From contig CM022672.1 of the NCBI GenBank assembly GCA_012295275.1, positions 20,708,001-20,772,000 on the forward strand: a stretch of DNA of 64,000 nucleotides, written 5' to 3'. Positions 57,918 through 64,000 of this stretch are shown here, piece after piece; within the stretch, counting starts at the first letter, position 1; each line of letters begins with the position of its first letter. Both the position numbers and the translations under genes were made by a program. The notes under the pieces were generated by a model, which worked only from the letters and a program-made list of their open reading frames with translations, was not told the DNA's origin and did not search any database. Source of the DNA: Chrysomallon squamiferum (taxonomy: Eukaryota > Animalia > Mollusca).

Positions 57918-60900
57918 GATTTTCAGCTAGCTGTATGTCAGATTCTTGGTGTTTGTTAAGAATTACCTTTCCTGGTTTTCTTAGAGCTGGGTTGGGCACA
58001 TGAAGTGTGGATAACATCTGAATAACATTGTGTCTGGTTTTCCTGACAGCTGCAGAAGAGGTCCGAGTCAGAAAGAGATTTAGTGGATTCATCTGGACAA
58101 CTGCCAGAATACAGACTGTTTTCCACTCTGAAGTAAAAATCAATTCACTCATTAATTACTTAAACAAAATATTTATTTAATAACAAGACATTTATGTTCA
58201 GAAATGTGTATACATGTATATGTATTTGTACTCTGATGTGTGTGCATATATATGAGTGTCTGTGTGTGTTGTATACCTCCAACTCTTGGAAAATTCCACT
58301 GGTTCCTTTTCACGACCTTGATAGAGTTTGTTTGTTGACATCATCAGGTCATTGGTTTTGTCACCATCAAAAAATCCACACAGACCCTCTGTCTGCTTGA
58401 AGTCAGTGGGTGCTGCACGGAACCAGACATCAAGGTACGAACCTTGATTAAACCTGCTTGTTCTCACCGTCAAATAGCCACCAGTAGGCAGAGTTATCTG
58501 TAACATTTATATGTCAAAGTTTTCTACATATAGTAACCAGTAGACAGAGTTACCTGTAACATTTATATGTCAACATTTTCTACATATAGTAATCAGTAGG
58601 CAGAGTTACCTGTAACATTTATATTTCAAAGTTTTCTACATGCAAGTAACCAGCAGGAATTTATATTTGAAATACTTATACAAACAATAACCACTAGGCA
58701 AAAGTATCTGTGACGTTTACATTTGAAATAGTTATACATAGAGTAATCAGTAGGCAGAATTATCTGTAAGATTTGCATGTGAAATACTTATAAAAAGTAT
58801 GCTTGATAGTTACTCTGTATTTCTTTCCATTGTTAAATCTGATAATTCTTGTGCCTGGTGTTAATTCATTGTTCACAAACAAATTCACTGTGATGGCTCG
58901 TTTCCTCAACACTTTGCCTTGTTTTGGTCCACACTTGTCAATAACAATGACATCATCTCCCGATTTGACAATGATTCCACAGTTACAGGCAGCTCGGTTA
59001 TTACACCTTCTGTACAGTGCCCGTACCTGAAGTTTTACGTATTTAAAAAACAATAAATATTAACTTTTCTTTATTAACATTAATAGATTAGCTATTTTCA
59101 TAGAAAATACAGCATACTTATTATTAATTAAATTTATATTTGTAGACATAATGAATTTAACATAAAGACTAGATTATTAAAAAGTTATTTTTTTTGTTCT
59201 TGTTCTAAGCATACATTTTCATTCAGTCACATTTATTTTCTGTTAATCCTTATTGTTTTTAAAATCATCTGTGTAATCCAATCAGTTATAAGAAAGGTGC
59301 AGTTTCTAAAATAATGATGCTAACTTTCTCAAATTCCTTGTTACAATTTGCTTGTAGCTGAGATTCATTTAGTAATTATTTTATGTCATTTACAGTCTTC
59401 ATAATCCCAGTTTAACTAGTAGACTGTAATAGAATTGAAATAATAGATCATTTTTACTGGCAACAATTTGAGATTCACCTCATAAGGAAGTTGTTTGTGT
59501 TTGTACATAACAAACTCGCCCTCTGTGAACACATTGAACATGCGACCATCAAATGTTGTGAAGTGAGGATCTCCAACTGATGAACACAGAGCACTGTGAT
59601 CCTGATCTTTTATAAGTAACTGAAAAAAACATCAACACATCAACTATTTGTATCAACATAGCACTGTGATCCTGATCTTTTATTAGTAACTGAAAAAACA
59701 CAAATGCATTAACTATTTGTATCAACACAGTACTGTGATTCTGATCTTTTATTAGTAACTTAATGAAACATCAACACATCAATTATTTCTATCAGCAAAG
59801 AGCACTGTGATATAGTGATCTTTTATCAACATGTCAATGCAGGTTTATCACCATTCATGTTGAAGATGTGAATTTATCTATGATATAAAACAAAGAAAGT
59901 TACATTCAAAAGTATAAAGAGGAGAATTACCTGAACTGTGTCTAGAGAAACTGTTTGCTGTACTTCACCTGACACAATCAGATCAGCTTCAAAAACTAGC
60001 CGGCCATCTTGGTTTCCATCTTTCAGAGAATCAATGGTTGCCATGACTGGGATGATCACACCTGTTTCCCAGTTGTTACTGGTAATCATGGAGCCACAGA
60101 AGGCTGCAGTCCTATTCCCCTGCCACCCAATGAGTAATTGAGGAAACTGGTGGCCATCTGCACAGTGAACTGGTTCACTTTGTTCTAGCAAGTATGTTCT
60201 GATTTTGATAAAACAGTCTGAGTCTGGACAGAAGAGTCGAGGAGGAAGTGAAGATTTCACTGTGATCAATTGAGATGTTTCACCTTCTGTCACAGTCAGT
60301 TTTGTTTCACTTAGCTGTTTTAGTAAATGAAAACTAAGTAATTAAATATAGCTTAATAAAAAAAAAAAAAATGTTTTAGTAATATAATCTCACATCAGTA
60401 AAAAATGTAAAAATGTTTTAGTTATTAAATATAACCACCACTTAATAAGAAATGTGAAAAAAAGTTAGCTGTAAATAAAATATATTGATACTAAAGTCTT
60501 TTCACAATGAAAAGTGTTATCAGATTTATCTTTCTATTTTTCTATCTTAATAAGCAGAAAGTATTATTATACCGTGAGAGTTGCCATGAAGAGATCACTT
60601 TTTCTTTCACTACCACGTGTGTTGTTACACTGACTGCTGTAACATGCAGAGACTGAACAAGAGATCTGAAAAATAACAACAACAACTTATGCTTGTAAAT
60701 AAAAAATTGAACATTAAAACTGAGTAGTGTGCCAATTCAAATATTTAGCATTCATAATTTATCCATAATAATTATTCAGAAATAGTTCTTTCTTTATTTA
60801 AAATACCTCATAATTAATTTTATCACAAAGCTTCAGTGCTAATGATGTGGATACATACTGAAGATCCAAGGGTCATAACTCCTACTGTTTTCTCATCAAG

Positions 60901-63845
60901 GACACTGACAGTTGTGGTTCCTAATTTTTCCTGGTGTATCTGTGTGGAGTTTACAAACCAGGTGACACGGTATTCCACTCCAGGCAGTGACAGTGGTTCA
61001 AACACACATTTCATATTGACTGTTGTTTTATTCAACACTATTTCTATCTCTGGCTTTGTTTTCAGAGTGGGAGATTCTGTAAGGAAAATATACAGCAAAC
61101 ATAATTCAGTGGTTAGAGCAGTGGCTTGACTTGTCATGTTTTTCTGGATAAGTTCTTGAATTATTTCACTATTCTAATCAGTGAGCTTATTTCACTCAGT
61201 CTTTGTATTATCTCAGTTTACTTAGTTTTTGTATGTGATAGACTATTACCTGAGTTTACTTAGTTTTTGTATGTGAAAGGTTTTACCTGAGTTCACTTAG
61301 TTTTTGTATGTGATAGATTATTGTGTCAGTGCATTGAAATATTGCCAAGAATCTAAAATTGACAAATTGAAAACAAATGTTTAAAGATTACATCTTTCTC
61401 ACCAGTGATGATGTTGAGATCTTTCACCATGCTGTCAGTGCTGTACACAATGGTCCAGCCTTCCATTATAATGTTAGCAAACATCTCATTTATAACTGAT
61501 TTACCAATGTAAAACTTTCCTGGATTTCTGCCACTTGTTTTTCTCTTTATAAACTTGGTTGTCTTCGCAACCACCTGCCCATCCAGCTGAAGCTGCAGTC
61601 CAGTCTGGACACTCCATGAGAACTTGACATCAAAAAACTTGTTAATTTTTATCTTTGTTGTCCTCACTGTCCACTCTTTCATCTTCATGGTTACTCTGAG
61701 GTAGTGGTTACCTCCCCTGTAGAACATTGCCAAACCATAACCATCACTCACCTCACCTCCACTGCTGAAAACAACAGCTCCCTCAGTCAGCTGCAAAAAC
61801 TTGATTTTAAATGAAATAGTGAGGCCATGTTTACACAATTCTGTGTTACCCAGACATTCTGCTGTTCTGTTCCCTAAGTCCACATACTGGTCAACTCCAT
61901 TGAGATAAAGTGCTAACCCACCAGCAGCTCCCTGCACAAGATGAGGGCTTCCAAATACCTTCAGCTTGAATGATGATGTGATGAGCATATTCTCTGATAT
62001 CTTGAGGAAAGTCATATGCTGAACTTTGATATCTGAAACTAATCACAAAATATAATCAAACAGACCACTGTATGACTTTCAGTGAATTAGTGAGTGTATT
62101 AAGTGTGTGCATATGTTAGTGAAATGTGTATGTACATTGAAAAAGAAAAGAAACCTACCAGTCAAAGTGGACCATGCATTCTTGTTTTCACTGATGTTAC
62201 AAGTTTGTGTTTGATTCTGTGGATTTGTGAAACCATCTTCATAACATTTTCCATCAACCATACAGATATCTTCCTGTAAATAACAACATTTTTATAACAT
62301 TTCCATCAATCATAAAGATATCTTTCTGTAAACATCAAAAATATTTATAACTTACATGTAAGATGTTTAGACTACAAAAATACATATAGTTCCAAAAATA
62401 TATGTATGTACTGACTAAAATGTATGCCTGTACTGGTTACAGTGTAATGATTACAGTGTATGTTATATTGACTAGAGTATATATATGTACTGACTACAAT
62501 ATACAGTCAAAACTGGTCAAAAGGTCGCCTGACTATAACAGACATCACAAATACCACTAAAGCATTTTCTTCTTTTAATGACCTGTACAGAACTGTCACT
62601 TGTCTATAACAACCAGTGGTCACTATTTTTCATGGAGAATCATCAACTGAACCTGATATAACAGTCACAGGATTTCAAAATTTGCAAATTCCACTATGTT
62701 CTGACAGTCATAAGTGAAAAACAAACTTTCAGTCAATAACATCTCTGACATGATATTACAAAAATCCATGATGTAATTTGACTGGGTTTCAGTTGTTACA
62801 GTTAAGTGTGTTGAAATACTGCATCAGCTAGTCTCAAAATGGGGTAATTTTTAAACATTTGTTTTCTTTGCATGTGGAATGACATGGAAAACAATGTAAA
62901 TAACAATTTTAAAAACCGAACCAAAGCCCTTCCTGTTATTATTTACTAATGTGTTATTTCACACAAAAATATGTGTACTTCTCAGTGACATGGGTAATAT
63001 AGACTAAAGAAAAACTAATGTAATGGCCACTTTTGTGAAGTCCAATGGATGGATGTTACAGACAGGTTTAACTGCACGAGTTCTGACTACAGTGTGTGTG
63101 TATACTATAATGTATTGTGTATATATGTGTGTGTGTATGTGTGTGTGTGTTTTTATATGTAAATAAAATGGAGTTTCTAGATAGACTGACCCTTGCTGTA
63201 CATCCTTTTGTTTCTGTGCAGGTCTCACAGATGGAAGAGAATTTGATGAACTTGAGAGATTTACTAAACAATGTTCCATCATTGCTCACAGCTATCTGAT
63301 AAATATTCAGATTTGGATCACTGCATGTTACTTGGTCCTCACTGATAAATGTTGCATTTAAAGTCTTAGTATTTCCTTTTCTTTGTAATGATTTCTGTAA
63401 AAAAAAAAAATAATAATAATAATAAAAAAAAAATGAAAATATTAAATATATAGTTTTATAATTTTCTAGATTAAAAAAGTGTAAATAGAATGTATTTCCT
63501 TTATAATTTTTATATTTATTTGGTGTCTTAAACATTTGTATTAAATATCTCAATTATTATTTTCTTCAGATACGAAGATGTATGATAGTTTGTGTGGTGG
63601 TAACTGATCAGAAAATGAAAGTTTTCCACATCAAACCTAATAAAAGAATCTTACATCCAGCTCAGTGAACTGACAAACCAGAGTCTCAACCTCAACAAAG
63701 CCAAGCCCATAAATGGTGACATCAAAACAGTTGTGTTCGTCGATGTTGCAGAGACTGCCTCCCCTGACAGATAGAAGATTAGGAGGAATGCTTAGATCAA
63801 CTGAACAGTCTCCTCCGCCAAATCCTGTTTCACATTCACAGTTAC
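43937..63845 (-). CDS. Large membrane-anchored von Willebrand factor D and EGF domain-containing (VWDE-like) protein with LamG domains and a mucin-like repeat; 5'-partial, 36 exons (~2500 aa) in window
   Basis: Exons (minus): 63655-63845, 63191-63394, 62159-62273, 61403-62032, 60859-61076, 60573-60665, 59931-60314, 59479-59619, 58814-59026, 58277-58497, 57967-58127, 57599-57714, 57157-57300, 55965-56145, 55550-55737, 55039-55248, 54599-54707, 53646-54296, 52558-53205, 51876-52129, 51301-51393, 50801-51187, 50548-50627, 50159-50222, 49752-49958, 49107-49209, 48701-48821, 47555-47700, 47171-47295, 46753-46908, 46291-46477, 45790-45980, 45408-45635, 45141-45255, 44316-44406, 43937-44084. The frame is continuous. 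VWD motifs are CSSVGDPHFTTFDG, CRSTGDPHMVTFDG, GLCGFFDG and GLCGIYNN. EGF motif CPADCSSHGKC..GQCKC; TM IIIIGCVAAALLIVIIIVAVIIL followed by RRRKR. Confidence 0.88.
44420..44985. repeat. Intronic minisatellite, ~48-bp unit
   Basis: Copies of AAACATAAAACCTAGACACACTGATAAACACAAAACACATACACAGGT. Confidence 0.85.
47863..48659 (+). mobile_element. Non-autonomous TA-targeting DNA transposon (pogo-like) carrying a PHD-finger coding remnant
   Basis: TA|GGGCAAGGTGGGGTAATTCTGG...CCAGAATTACCCCACCTTACCC|TA gives 22-bp TIRs with 1 mismatch. Internal ORF 48011-48307 reads CELC...FIGCDGCPHWYC...FLCDIC*. Confidence 0.85.
52558..53205 (-). CDS. Mucin-like Ser/Thr tandem-repeat exon, (ESTVTTGST) x ~22
   Basis: 27-bp unit GAAAGTACTGTCACTACAGGAAGTACA on the minus strand. 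It is AG/GT bounded, 648 nt, phase 1-1, and in frame with the flanking exons. Confidence 0.85.
53646..54296 (-). CDS. LamG/concanavalin A-like domain exon (repeat C) of the VWDE-like gene
   Basis: AVKLDGKTQYIDV...GLTVSFNLN...SWSIQFGLTLYIDD, matching ORF 53614-54318. Confidence 0.8.
54678..54960. repeat. ~59-bp tandem repeat overlapping a splice acceptor
   Basis: About five copies of ACTTGTCTCCAATAGAACA...CTGTGAAAATTACAAAAT. The first copy is the exon start. Confidence 0.8.
56500..57105. repeat. Intronic minisatellite, 40-bp unit, ~14 copies
   Basis: AACACTGGCTGGTACAAAGATGCCATCCATTACTAACTCT, with perfect copies at 56931, 56971 and 57011. Confidence 0.92.
58480..58790. repeat. ~56-bp tandem repeat overlapping a splice acceptor
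   Basis: Copies of CAGTAGGCAGAGTTA(T/C)CTGTAACATTTATAT. Confidence 0.75.
59590..59830. repeat. ~70-bp tandem repeat overlapping a splice acceptor
   Basis: GCACTGTGATCCTGATCTTTTATTAGTAACTG-like unit at 59591, 59661, 59731 and 59802. Confidence 0.8.
61403..62032 (-). CDS. LamG/concanavalin A-like domain exon (repeat B) of the VWDE-like gene
   Basis: ALYLNGVDQYVDLG...GLTISFKIK...SWSVQTGLQLQLDG, homologous to 53646-54296. Confidence 0.8.
62504..63074. mobile_element. Degenerate MITE (Tigger/pogo-like CAGT termini)
   Basis: Left end TA|CAGTCAAAACTGGTC, right end GACAGGTTTAACTG. Imperfect TIRs within an intron. Confidence 0.55.
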
Positions 63846-64000
63846 CTGTAAAATAATTACATATCTTTTTACTTCTCTAATAAACTTAAAATACAGCTCT
63901 TGAAATACAGTCACTGACAAACTTAAAACAACAAATAAATGTATATTATTGTTGATATCTGACAAAAGAACATAAATGTTCTAATACACAACACACTCAC

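Overview
AT-rich, intron-rich animal genomic DNA. It looks like an invertebrate, probably a mollusc or other lophotrochozoan, but that is an inference from composition and gene content. All protein-coding genes are on the minus strand. (1) 17781-32620: a complete 22-exon, about 1245-aa single-pass receptor with signal peptide, EMI-like domain, 2 EGF, Ig/FN3-like stalk, FN3, TM and a tyrosine-kinase domain. The kinase reads HRKLAARN and GFG, so it is a predicted pseudokinase. (2) 314-3306: the first four exons of a close tandem paralog that runs off the left edge, inside a ~9 kb segmental duplication. (3) ~11330-13277: a deleted and frameshifted pseudogene of the same family, plus inverted decayed exon-1 copies at ~3850 and ~35900. 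(4) 43937 to beyond 64000: the 3' 36 exons (~2500 aa) of a very large membrane-anchored VWDE-like protein built from tandem LamG-Ig-VWD-EGF super-repeats, with a 27-bp mucin-like VNTR exon. The rest is MITEs and DNA-transposon relics (one carrying a PHD finger), minisatellites (many seeded on splice junctions) and microsatellites. Exon boundaries were read by eye from GT/AG signals and frame continuity. No searches were run.
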